Positions 1 to 11,173 of a stretch of DNA of 64,000 nucleotides are shown here, in pieces (the stretch's first letter is position 1; every line of letters begins with the position of its first letter). This stretch comes from Bilabrum cf. latius (Eukaryota). The translations under genes were made by a program, and so were the position numbers. The DNA lies in assembly GCA_965178125.1 (NCBI GenBank), contig OZ237736.1, positions 1,054,001 to 1,118,000 on the forward strand, in the 5' to 3' direction. The notes under the pieces are model-generated. The model worked only from the letters and a program-made list of their open reading frames with translations, made no database searches and was not told where the DNA came from.

Positions 1-1054
1 TTGCACCTCATCTGTAGATTCGTCGGATGTCTTTTCAAGGTCTTTTTGACCGCCAGATGTGCCCTCCTCGTTCCTGGCTGTTCTCGCCATGTCGGCATGC
101 TGCTTCTTCATGGTTAGGAACCTGTCTCGGAAGAGAGCGAATTGCATGGCAGACACAGTAAACTCAGGCGTGAACAGCAGTCGCATTACACTATACACAA
201 GGCGTTGGCCAAGGGGCGCACCATTCCCAGATTCCTGCAGCTACTGCCGCTAGATCTGCGCGGCTTCGGAGCTCAGCTGGCTGGACGAGCCTGCCGCACT
301 CTGGTCGGGCCCGGCTGTGCCGGTGACCTCGGGAGCTTCGGCGCCAGAGTCTGCCCCGCCGCTTTCCCCCTTTGCCTATTCAGAGCCAGTATCTGACGCA
401 GTAGCATCCTCTGTGCCAGGCTGGTCAACTGTGGTGCTCTACCCAGCCGCTGCGCTACCAGCGGCAAGCTTGTCTTCCAAGAACTGCTCGAGATAGTCGC
501 CTACTCCGACCCAGACTTCCATAAGGTCTTCATCGTGCTGTTCCGGCGCGGTTGCAGATGAAACTGGAACACCAGCTGCCGTTTGTAGCATCGAGATTTG
601 GTCATCCCACAGCAAGCGTTGCGTGAAGGCATCCTCCGTGTTTTCAAGCAGCACAGGCAAGATTCGAGTGAGCAAACGAACCTGCATGATAGTATTAAAT
701 GAATTGCAGGGCCTTTGGTGCTAATGCTATGCCTTGTCTCAATATGGTAAGCTAAAATCACGCATGCCTCACTATGTTTAGAACAGGCCTTGAATCCTGC
801 TTTGAAAACCGTCCAGAGTAGCGTTCCAGCGCTTCCACCAGTTTGATAACAAGCATACATAAATTTGTCGGAAGCCTGCTTCTCATTGCGCGCACGTCGT
901 CTGGCTAGATCAGTCCAAAGATCTGCTCAACTCCAGCCTTATGATGCCAGAACCCCTCCCAAACGGGATGGTCGGGAGGAACAGTTGCCTTGCATATCTC
1001 TGTTACTGTAGCAGTTAAATCCCTTGGTGCTGGGGCTGACGCCGTATTTCCCAT
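1..1054 (-). CDS. HID1: HID1/dymeclin-family Golgi protein, 5' part (runs off the window); intron 682..772
   Basis: Starts MGNTAS (myristoylation-like). Then EQIFGLI*PDDVRAMR..PTNLCMLV..VLNI|VRLLTRILP..LLW and PLGQRLVYSVMRLLFTPEFTV, matching HID1 N-terminal blocks. Several in-frame TAG, e.g. 439. Confidence 0.8.
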
Positions 1055-1205
1055 GCTGAAGATTGTCAACGCGAGCAGCCCCGCGGCGGCGCTGCCAGAT
1101 CGGAGAAAGTTCCGTGGTTCGGGGAGAGCGACAGCGGCGTTTTAGATTCGGGCTTGGCGACGCGCTGTGGTGGATGTTGTGTCTAGCAAACACAGAAACA
1201 CTTAA

Positions 1206-4200
1206 TCAAACAAGCAGCTGCCCAAGCGTAGAGGTGTCTGCCACGTACTTCATCGCCTTGACCGATGCCAGCGGGGCCTTGCCCTTGTGGAACTCGTCCT
1301 GCTTCCACGCGCTCTCAGTGGATTCCACCTTATCGTTCTCGCCGAAGACTTGCACTGACAGGCGTCGGGGCCAGTCGCTAGATGACCCGCTCTCACTTGC
1401 CCCAAGCACCCTCTCTCGATACATGCTCTCGATGTCTGCAAGCGTGACACTCCCGGCACGCAGCTGGGCCAGCCTTTCCTCGGCAGCTGCAAAATCGTAT
1501 CGCAGGGATGAGATCTCCTACCACATCCAGCTGGCAGCCTCTTCCATCCTCTACGGTTTCTTGCGATACTCTGCATCCAGAGCATCCACAAGTGCCTCCC
1601 AACGTGTGCGATTCTGCTCGCCTGATCCCTTCCCGAGCGCAGCGATCTCGACCGGGACGGTCTACTCCAAGAAGGCAGCGATGCGCCCGTCCATCAACGC
1701 AGCACTCTTTCCGCCCTGCGCAATCACGTACATGATATCCCTGGCGTCGCTGCCCCCCGTGGCACCGCTCGCCCCAGCCGCCGCTTTGCCCCGGGCGGCC
1801 AGCGACGGAGCAGTGTACGCGAGCCGCGTGCTGCTCTCGCGGTATATGGGATCAATGGGCTCTGCGGCCCCCCTGGGGGCAGCTGCAGACTGCGTCCCTC
1901 CAAAAACGATGTATCCAAGTTGCTGCTGCGTGCGCAGTGTCTCAAATGCGGGCGTTTCTACTGCGTCGCTGAGCAGACTGGCGGCAATGCTCTTCCTGGC
2001 CATGCACCGGCGAGTGGACGCTTCGGAGCCGCTTGGGACAGCCAGCCTGCGGGCCTGGGAGTGGGCCTCTGCTGCACGCGCACAAGACTGCTGATGGCCC
2101 CCGGCCGCGAGGCAGGCCTTCATTCTGCGCCTGCGGTGGGTGGCCTGCAGCTGCACCCACTCCCTGGTAAGCACTGGATCCTCGTCGACGGCCGAGCTGC
2201 CAGTCGGGTCTGCCAGAACCGCCGCTGCGTCTACTCGAGTACTAGCCTGGGCACTTGGTGCCTGCCTGATGCGGTGCTTGCGCGTCCCTTTGGCCTGCTT
2301 GCTGCTAGGGCTGGCACCACTGCCGTGTCCGCCGTGGATGGAGACCCTAGAGGCGCCCGCCTGGGACTGCAGCAGGGAAGAAGGCCCACCGAACAGCAGT
2401 TCTGCAGCACCCTTTCTGTGGGTGTGAGCCGCAGCATGCGAGCCAGCTGCATCTTGCTCCGCAGAGGCGCCCACTTGCTTGGCAACTCTCCCTGAATCGC
2501 CTGCGGCCTTGTTTGATCTCTGCGTCGCAGATCCGCTGTTCGACTGGCTCGCGTGACGCGCGCCAGAGCGCGCGGAGCCATCCGCCGCGCAGTCACCGAG
2601 CCGAAGCCCCATATCGGCGACAAGGAACACCGCGCTATCGTTCTCGTTGTCTCTCGACACCTTCCTCTGCACGCCCCAGGCGCCCTTGGACAGCTTCCTC
2701 AGCTGCTGCCGGAGTGCCCTCGCCTCCTCTGGCAAGAGAGGCTCGGCATCTCTCAACGCCTTGGCAAAGATCCCTCCAGTTTCAGCTGCTACTGCGGCGT
2801 TCACGTCACCGTAGACCAGCAGCTGCAGCCGCACCTTGGCAAAGATTCGATTCGCGTGCTGCTACAGAAGCTCAATAAGCTCTTTGTCGCTCATCGCGGC
2901 GAGCTTGTTAGCGGCTGCCCTGCGCTGCGGGATAGAGAATCGCGTGGAGCCGAGCGCCAGTCGGGCAAAGTATGAAGCGCGCTGGTACACCTGTTGCGCC
3001 CGCTCCGCGTTCTCAATGCCGATGAGTGCCGTCTGCAGATTCGCATCAAGCCGCTTGGCCGTGATGTTGGGGTGCGTGACTCCGTCCAGCACCGTGTCGA
3101 TCCACAGAGGCATGTGCTAGGTGAATCCACGGAATGTAATCATCAGGGCGGATGCCTGCGGGTCCTGCGAGACTGAGTATCCATAGCTGGCCTTAGCTCC
3201 TTGGTACGCGACTGTCTGCAGGGTGTCGCTGATGGCGTCGAGGACGAGCGAGGTCAGCATGGAGTGCTTGGCCGTCTTGGACACCTCCTCGGAGGACACC
3301 AGGGCATACACAACCTGTTCTGGCCTCCGAAACACCGTGTCCTGCTTCTGCCACACCTCCATCGCTGCGGGTGACAGAGAGGCTGGCTCGTCTGCTAGCA
3401 CCCTGGCGGCAGCGAATCGGGCGAGGGCCTGTGCCGCACTCGGTCCATCCGGTGTACTTCCAGTAGAGGCAGATCCCTCTGCCTGAGCCTATCGCGAGCT
3501 TCGCAGAGCCAGTGCGATGGATTCCGGTTCCACGGCTGTGGGGGCCTCAATGTACGCCTCGTCGGGGTCGGCTGCCGCCGTCTGGTTCTGGTCCGATACA
3601 GGCAGCGGCTCGAGCTGGGTGGGAATGAAGGGGTTGCGCGCCGGAAGATGCAAAGTATCTCCCGCTTCAGCCCTCTGAAGCTCTTCCAGCTTGTCATCCG
3701 GCACGCGGCTGGACGCATACTTGGTCCCGTACACCGGCTCCGAGCTCGTCAGGCTCGTGGCGTTGATCGCAGACGACACCAGGGTGACTAGCATGCGCTG
3801 TGGGGTCATGCTCTGCAGGATGTGCGCGATACCCACTGGGTCAAAGAGCTATCGCTGAGGGGGGCCCAGCACATCGATCGGGGGCCTCACGTGCAGAGAG
3901 CGCGCCATGGAGGAGGCGATGTCGGATGGACTGCCCTTCACATAGTACTGGAAAGCAGCAGCGCTAACTTGCATGGACTCGTCCCAGATCCACTTGGGCG
4001 GGGCCTGCAGCCTACGCAGCATGTTGCAATAGGCAAATACAGCCTGCAGGCACTGCTGCAGCACCTCCTCCTGCTCCTGCTGGGACCCCCGCATGGCAGT
4101 TGGCGAGAGCGTCATGTCTACCCCCATCAGCGAGAAACCGGCGGAATCCAGCTGCAGCCCGGCACTGATCTCCTCCACCAGACCGAGCTCTCCCTTCAGG

Positions 4201-5749
4201 TGGGCCAAAATGCTGCCCTTGCCCTCGTCCCCGAGCAGAGAGGACAAGTAGCCGGCGGGGTTGCGCCTGTACCGATGCAGCTGCGAGGGCAGTGGCCACA
4301 CAATGGAGATGGTGTGAGACTCGGCAACCGGTGAGACGCGGACGACCGAAGCTAGCGTGCTGGCCGCCGGAAATATCGCAGAGGGGGAGATGTCGCTTGG
4401 CTCGTACGCGTTGCCGATCGTGACAGCAGCGCCGGCCTTAGTCTGCCCCGCAGGTAATCCAGCGATTCCCTGAGCTCTGCGCTTGGGGGTCGCATGCGCA
4501 GCGGCAGCGCCCGGGCTGGACTAGCCGGCGTGAGTCTCTCCATTGATAGGCATCCCTGCGGCAGCTTCTTGCAGCAGCGATCCGCTGCCACGGGCCGTCG
4601 CCGTCCCATTTCCTGCCGAGCTGGACGCGGCTCGCCTCTGCTGCCCCACGGACCGCACGCCGCCGAACGCCTCGTGCGCCAGTGCCCGGAGGTCTTGAAT
4701 CGAGTGTCTACCCACGATAACTGCCTTCATCTTAGGTGCAATGTAGTGCTCCGTATGGAAAGTCCTGAGCGCCTGCATGACGCCAGTGCGATTCAAAGTG
4801 GTCAGGTCTCCGGTGGAGAACCGGCTGAAGGGTGTGCCCGGCCGGGAGGACTGCTTCAGCAGCTGAAAGAGGCGCCACCCGTCGCTGAGTAGGTTCTTCT
4901 GGTGCTCAGAGTGCACGGCTCGCATCTCCCTGCCTATCATGTTCTCGTCGAGCAGCGGTGCGACAAAGAACTGAGCGAATCGGTCGATGGCTCCGGGCAG
5001 CGCAGACCACTCGACGGAAAAGTAGTAGTTCGTGTGCTCAGAGTCGGTATAGGCATTCGAATCCCCTCCATGGTCGCCAAGCCACTGCCGGTACCCGCTT
5101 TCTTCAGGGTATTTCGAACTACCAAGAAACAGCATGTGTTCCAAAAGGTGCGCGAGGCCCTCGAAGCCTGGCGGATCACGCCAGCTTCCGACTCCAACGT
5201 CAACTGCACCTGCGCAAATAGAAAAGCCAGATAAATCAAATAAAATACATGTGCAGGCTGACTTGACAAAATAACTTCGCCGTGTGTAATCCTTCACGCG
5301 AATGCTTACAAGCAGCCTGGTCAGTCTCTGGGTCCGATACTAGCATGACTTCCAAACCATTCGGGAGCTCTACATTCTCAAAAGCACGCTTGTCGTTTGG
5401 ACTAGCCAAGACTCGAGTCTCATCTTCATTTCCTCCCGCCAGCGATCGAGAACGATAGGCCGACTGTGATGTATGTGGCAAGCTACAGAAGTGTCGCATT
5501 ACGTGATCGAACGACCACCAGTCACACTGATGCATTATATTCATAACTTACGACGATGAGGCCAAGTAACACGGAGGAAACGACCGCCAGTCCACAAAAA
5601 CCTCCCAAAACTGAGTATGGAGAGCGAGGTTGACTTTCAGCTGGCCCAAGCTGCCGATCGACGCTTGTGCCGGCTTCATTGCTGGGATTGAGACCAATCA
5701 ATTCATTGTCGCTGAGAGCATCATCATTGCTGGGTCCTTGGGTTGCCAT
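1206..5749 (-). CDS. Insulysin/pitrilysin-like M16A metallopeptidase with N-terminal signal anchor; introns 5464..5551 and 5210..5309
   Basis: Motifs ELPNGLEVMLVSDP, GLAHLLEHMLFLGS (HxxEH), NAYTDSEHTNYYF, FETLRTQQQLGYIV. ORF fragments ending at 4521, 3849, 3489, 3117, 2862 and 1662 are all in one frame and separated by TAG. Ends TGA at 1206. Confidence 0.9.
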
Positions 5750-5898
5750 TCTCTGCGATTTTCAGCTAGCCAGCGTGCCGATATTAAAACGTGCAGTATC
5801 CGATATGCGCGAGGTCCGTGGTAGTCGAGCTCGCCTCGCAGAATTGGCATTTCCTAAGTTGCACGTCAAATCCAGTACATGCGATACCACCAACAGTG

Positions 5899-8597
5899 AT
5901 GCCACGAGTATCTAGATTAGTAGCTGCCGGGGGGCGCACACAGCAATCTCATGGACGACTGCCGATTCGAGCGGCCGGTGAGGCTCAACGTAAAGGCAGG
6001 TACAAGGGCGGAGCTACTGCTAGTTTCGACGATGAAGACGGCGTATCGCAGGATGTAAGTACTCTTTGCTTTGTTATGGTTGCCGCTGGTATGGAATATC
6101 AAGCTGGAAAGCACAACTACCCAATCTAGCCCCGACAGCACAGGCCATGACCGACAGGCCACTACGACAGATTATTGATGGAAACCACAAATTCCACATG
6201 TTCAAAGCATCGCAGACAATACAGCTAGTAGCACGGATGATCCGTCGCGTGCAGCATCGAATGACTCTATTCCGTTTCGTTGATGAGTTCATCGTCGTTC
6301 GGCGGATGATGGAGCGACTGAATCGAATCATTATATACGGATTCTTTATGGTCGTATTTACTATCTCTACAGTTTATGCATTCTAGGAACAGGTGAGTCG
6401 CTCTATAGAGATCCGTAAATGCTGTGCGGAGTGTGCTCTGGCACATGCTCAGCTCCCAAAATCAGTTTCGTATTTGTTTCAATGCATGCAGGATCTCTAC
6501 CACATGGCCAGAAATTTAAAAGGTCAGCTCACTTCGACTGAGTTTGAGGAGCAAGACTCAGGGATCAAGAAGACTTTTGCCGACATCGAGACCATTGCAG
6601 AAGTGCACCAGTGGTTACGAGGACCGTTTGCAAGAACTCTGTACTCGGGCTCAACGCTCTGGGTCGAGAACTATGTCGAGTCTCCGAACCCGAGGCCTGG
6701 GGCCATTTTTGGATTTAACACCATCGTCGGCGGTGTGCGAGTTGCGCAGCTGCGTATGGAGCTCCAGGCGCGAGACTCGTGTACGCGAGTCCTGAGTAAG
6801 TTGTTTCGCTCCAGCGCAACCTCCTCGTTGGGTGATTTGGAGCAGAACACCACCGTTGTAGATGCTAGCACCGGAACTGACCTGCTGCAGACGAGCGGTG
6901 CTCTGTGTGTCGGGGTTGACGGGGACTACCAGTAGGACGAGGAAAGCAAGTAGCCAGCCGGTGGGTTTGATTGGGCAGGCCCACAAGGAAACGATAGTGA
7001 ACTGTACCACACAGTGCAGGAAGAGCGCAACCCGTTTGGGATCGGAGCCTCCAACGGTGGAGGCATTCGAGGACCCACGGGCACAACGTACCCAGCGCCT
7101 GCGTTTCCGGTAGTCCTGCCGAATCGAAATTACAGTGCTAGCCTGCAAATGCTGGAGAGCCTTGAAGAGTCTCGCTACTTTGACCTGTAGACCAAGGTCT
7201 TCCGCGTGGACTTCACGGTGTACAATCCGCACTTGGACAAATTTCATGCAGTCTGCGTCGTATTTGAAGCCAATCGAGGCGGGGGCTTGGAAAAGGGCTA
7301 CTACCACAGCACTGCCACGCTTCATTCGCCATTCGAGTCCAACGACTGGCTTACTGTGACGTGTGAGTTGATCACGGCGGCGTTCTTTGCCTGGTTCATC
7401 GTGGAAGAAATCTGGTTGCACCGCAAGTATGGCTACTCGCACTTCGCCAAAGCGGAGACGATCATGCACATTGTCAACATTATGTGCTATGTGGCGGTGT
7501 GGTCCTTCAGGATCATGGCAATGGGGACATCCCCTGATCTCGACGAGGTGGTGGCCTCGTCTGGCGTGTACTACGGCTACGTGATCCCGGTTCGGTGGAA
7601 GCACGCTGCGGTGCAGATCAACGCAATCAACGCAGTGTTGGCGTGGATGAAGATTGCTAAGGCAATGACAATCATCCCACAGTTTCAGACGGTATTGGGG
7701 ACCCTGGCTCGAAGCTTCAGGGCGGCAGTGCCGTTCATCATTGTGTTCGGAGTCTTCGTCTACAGCTTTGCATCGTCCTATCTGCTGGTGTTTGGCTCAC
7801 AGCTCGGGGACTACCGCAACATTGGGTTTGCGTCATGGAGCCTTTTCAAAACCATCCTGGGCGATTTCGAATTGGATAGCCTCGCGTCCGCGTCGTACTT
7901 TCTAGGCCCGCTGCTTGCAGTGTCCTTTGTGGCCCTTGCCTTGTTCGTTATCCTCAACATGTTGGTCGCCATCGTACTTGACTCGTACCAAGAGGAAGTG
8001 ATGGAGCTGAAGAGAAACCCGCAGCATCCGGTGATGCCCTTTTTATCAGCGTACGTGAACCTAGGCGTCTATCACGTGTGTGGCCTGGAGTGTCGACGCT
8101 GGTTCAGGGACTAGGAGCAGTCGTGCGGACGGATCGTTGGACTCCGGTGCTCGCGTCGACACCAGGTCTTGATCGAACTCATGTGCACTCCCGCTGGCGT
8201 GGTGCCTGAGCTGCCAGCCGCAGAGGCTGCGTCACTGCAGGCTGCTGAGTCGGAGAGTTCTCGAAAGAGGGCACGGACTGATGGTACGCCTGCCCCGAGC
8301 CCGAAGGCCTCAAGCCCCAGACAACCGAGAGGAATCAGCGATGCCCTGGTTAGTGTGCTCGAGACCTTGACAGAAGAGCAACGGGCAGAGGTGTTGGGTA
8401 AGTTGACTAGTCACCTCGGTAGCAGCCATGGAAAGTCAGGTGCTGACACCAGCGGTGCGGCCGACGCTGGTGAGGCTCGTCCAGCAGAAGGGCCGTGGAC
8501 TCGCTCACTGGAAGGACAGCGGGGAGTAAGCAGGCATGGCGTGACCCCTCCAGGTGCTACGGTGGTGAAAGTTGGATCAGCGAGCAATGGAAAATGA
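5899..8597 (+). CDS. Polycystin-2 (PKD2/TRPP)-like cation channel; introns about 6055..6143 and 6393..6491
   Basis: Motifs NTIVGGVRVAQLR, DFTVYNPHLD, six-TM region with LFKTILGDFE pore and FVILNMLVAIVLDSY. In-frame TAG at 6384, 6933 and 8112, among others. Ends TGA. The start codon is tentative. Confidence 0.85.
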
Positions 8598-8700
8598 TTG
8601 ACTGGGTAGAGTTGGTTGGTTGGTTGTCGCGTGGCTTGCCTGTAGACTGCGGCTGCTACTCGAGATGCGTGTACTTGATAGCGTGTTCGCATGCATCGAC

Positions 8701-11057
8701 TCAAGCGTGTTTCACCACGCCAGACCGCCATGTACCCCTCAAGATGGGGTCAGGCAGCCTAGGCATGCAAGCCTCCAAACCTGCTGCAATTTCGAGCAGT
8801 CTATCGTCCTTGCCCTCTGTGGCCATTAGCTCCATGCCGACCGGCACTCGCTCTGACCCCGGATCTCCGGGGGCCGCGCTTCGCCTAAGCCTGGCAAAAC
8901 CGCACGGCACCGATACGGCAGGACCCGCCATGCAAGAAGCCACGCTCGCATTCCGCTGGTACGCCCTTTGGCACGACGTCACCCCTGTCCCGCAGTGAAC
9001 CGTCTGTCCGGATGCTCCACGCACAACCGCAGCCGGCACAAGGCATGTCGGGTAGAGCACGCAATCCACGCTCGCTTGCTGAATGGCTGTCTCCACGGCA
9101 GCTCGCACGGCATCGCGCGCGTGGACGAGAGCGTATAGGTACGAGGCTCGGTCCAGTGCCTTGACAGGTCGCATGCCCCGGTCGACCACCTCCCTCTCCT
9201 CGCTGGGCGCCTTGATGGCATCTATGACCGATGCAATGCTCGTCCGGATCGTCATCATCTTCGGCTTCTTCTCCCCGCCCTCGCCGTCCTCCTCCTCTTC
9301 AGCCTCCTCCTCCTCCTCCTCCTCCTCTCCCTTTGGTGCAGGCGTGTCATCCACCACCTCTCGGTCCTCGTCAAGCCGCTGCTGCGCAATGAACATCCCG
9401 AGCTCCCGAAGCAGCTCGTGCTCGCGCACCACCTCGCACACCTTGCTTGCGACAGCAGGCACGCTAAAACCGTCTTCTGCGCCTGCCATGACGGCAAACG
9501 AAGGGTCGCGTGGGCCTGCGGCTCGACCGGCGCCCGAGGCCACGCCCTCGCTGCTGCTACCACCCGCCTCCAGCCCAAGCTTCCTGCCCACTGTGTCCAT
9601 GCCCGCAAGATCCAACTCGACGATTTCAGCACCCTCTGCGGCTAGCTTGGCACATGTCTCGTCAAATGACCTCATCACGCAGGGGTCAGCACCCTTGCAG
9701 AACTGTCCTCGGCTGATTCCAACCCTGGCCCCCCTGAGGCGCGCCTTCGCTTCGGCTGCCCCTGCCCGCTTCGTCTGGAGCTCAGTCACCTTTTTGCGAC
9801 TGAGCCTTCCCCTTGCAATAGCCTGTATTCGCAAGGCCGCTTCATCTTCCCTGGCCTTCGCCTCCTGCTCCAGCTGTGCCCTCAACTTGGTCCTGCCCTG
9901 CTTCCCCCTGATGATGGCCTGCACCTTGGTGGCAGCTGCAGCCTCGGCCTCGCCGTACGTCACGTGGTGCTGCTCCCCCCCGGAGTCTCCTCCCTTCGAC
10001 TCCTCCTCGCCGCCCTTTCCCTGGTCTTCCTCTTTCCTCTCCTCTGCGCCTGCCGCAGCAGCAGCTCCGCCAGCAGCAGCCCCCTCGTCACTGCCCCTCG
10101 CCTTGGACAGCTCCAGCTTGCGCCTCTCCTCCTTGAGCTCCTGCACGCGGCCCCTGTCTCTCCTAGCCCGAGCGATGGCCTGGATTCGCACCGCTGCCTG
10201 TGACTCTGCCTCGTCCTGCTCATCCATCTTCTCCTCAGCCGACCGCTTGCAGAGCGCGGTGTCTGCTAGCACGACGTCTTCCACCGTTCGAGCCATCACG
10301 GAGACAACGTCGAGGGAGCTCGAGGACAGCAGCACGCCCTCTGTTGGGTATCTGTTCAGCGAGGGGCGGTACGCAACTGTGCCGCAGCACGCTGCAGCAG
10401 CTCTCGCGTCCCCAGTCGAGTCAACAGCGAGGGCCAGCGGAGCCACCCGCGCGGCGACGGCAGCAGCGGCACCTCCGGCTGCTCCTCCCGTTGTCGCCCC
10501 GTGCGCCGACCAGGGATTTTCTGCCGGACCCCGTAGAGTAGACTGTGTGGTGCACCCCAGTGAAAGCTCATGCACGGACGTTTTTGTCATGAAAATTCCG
10601 CCAGCGCGCTTCAGTCGAGCAACGACGGCTGCATCCCTGCTGGCAGCCCACCGGGTAAGGGCCTCGTTGCTGCGGTCAATACGAAAGAAATCAAGCCCCA
10701 TCAACTTAGAAAGTGCTATTCAGGGATATTATCAAAGTTCGTGGTGCTGCAAGCGGTCTCTCACCTAGCAGTGGTTGGCAATCCCTTCGAGTTGATTGTG
10801 TCGCTGACAAGAAACGGCACTCCGGCAAGCGGGGGCCGTTCCGCCGGTTTCTTGCTACAAGCTTCCAGAATACCAGCACTTGTCCGCTCCCTTGCCTCAG
10901 TTGGGGTCAGGAGAGGTGGGCTGAGCTTGGCAAACTTCATTTCTTCGAATCTCGCGATGCAAGCCGATGCTAGGTCTTCTGGCTTGACTTCGGCCGAATT
11001 CAGACCATCCACAAGATCTGCTGCAGATAAACTTACAATTCGTTGCGCAGCGGCCAT
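8701..11057 (-). CDS. Amidase-signature-family protein with degenerate catalytic triad and three inserted IQ motifs; intron 10670..10764
   Basis: PLAGVPFLVSD, DAAVVARLKRAGGIFMTKTSVHELSLG, ENPW..TTGGAAGGAAAAVAA, C-terminal PAVSVPCG..PVGMEL..DDRLLEIA. IQ motifs: IQAIARARRDR, VQAIIRGKQGR, IQAIARGRLSR. Confidence 0.85.
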
Positions 11058-11173
11058 ATTTACCCTCAAACGAATTGAGTAGGAAGCAATCTCGTGGCTG
11101 GATCCGTTGGGTGGATTGTTGCGTGCGGTTGCCGTTCTAGCCGTTGCGGCGCACATTGCTACACACGTCCAGC

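Noticed and set aside
5488-5551. Apparent frameshift after exon 1 of the M16 peptidase
   Set aside because: Using the downstream CAG acceptor at 5464 restores the phase and gives an 88-nt intron of typical size.
9083-10768. 561-aa plus-strand ORF and other long antisense ORFs (1063..2094, 11887..13005, 29280..30347)
   Set aside because: These are shadow ORFs opposite real genes, expected in GC-rich DNA. They are Ser/Ala-rich with no motifs.
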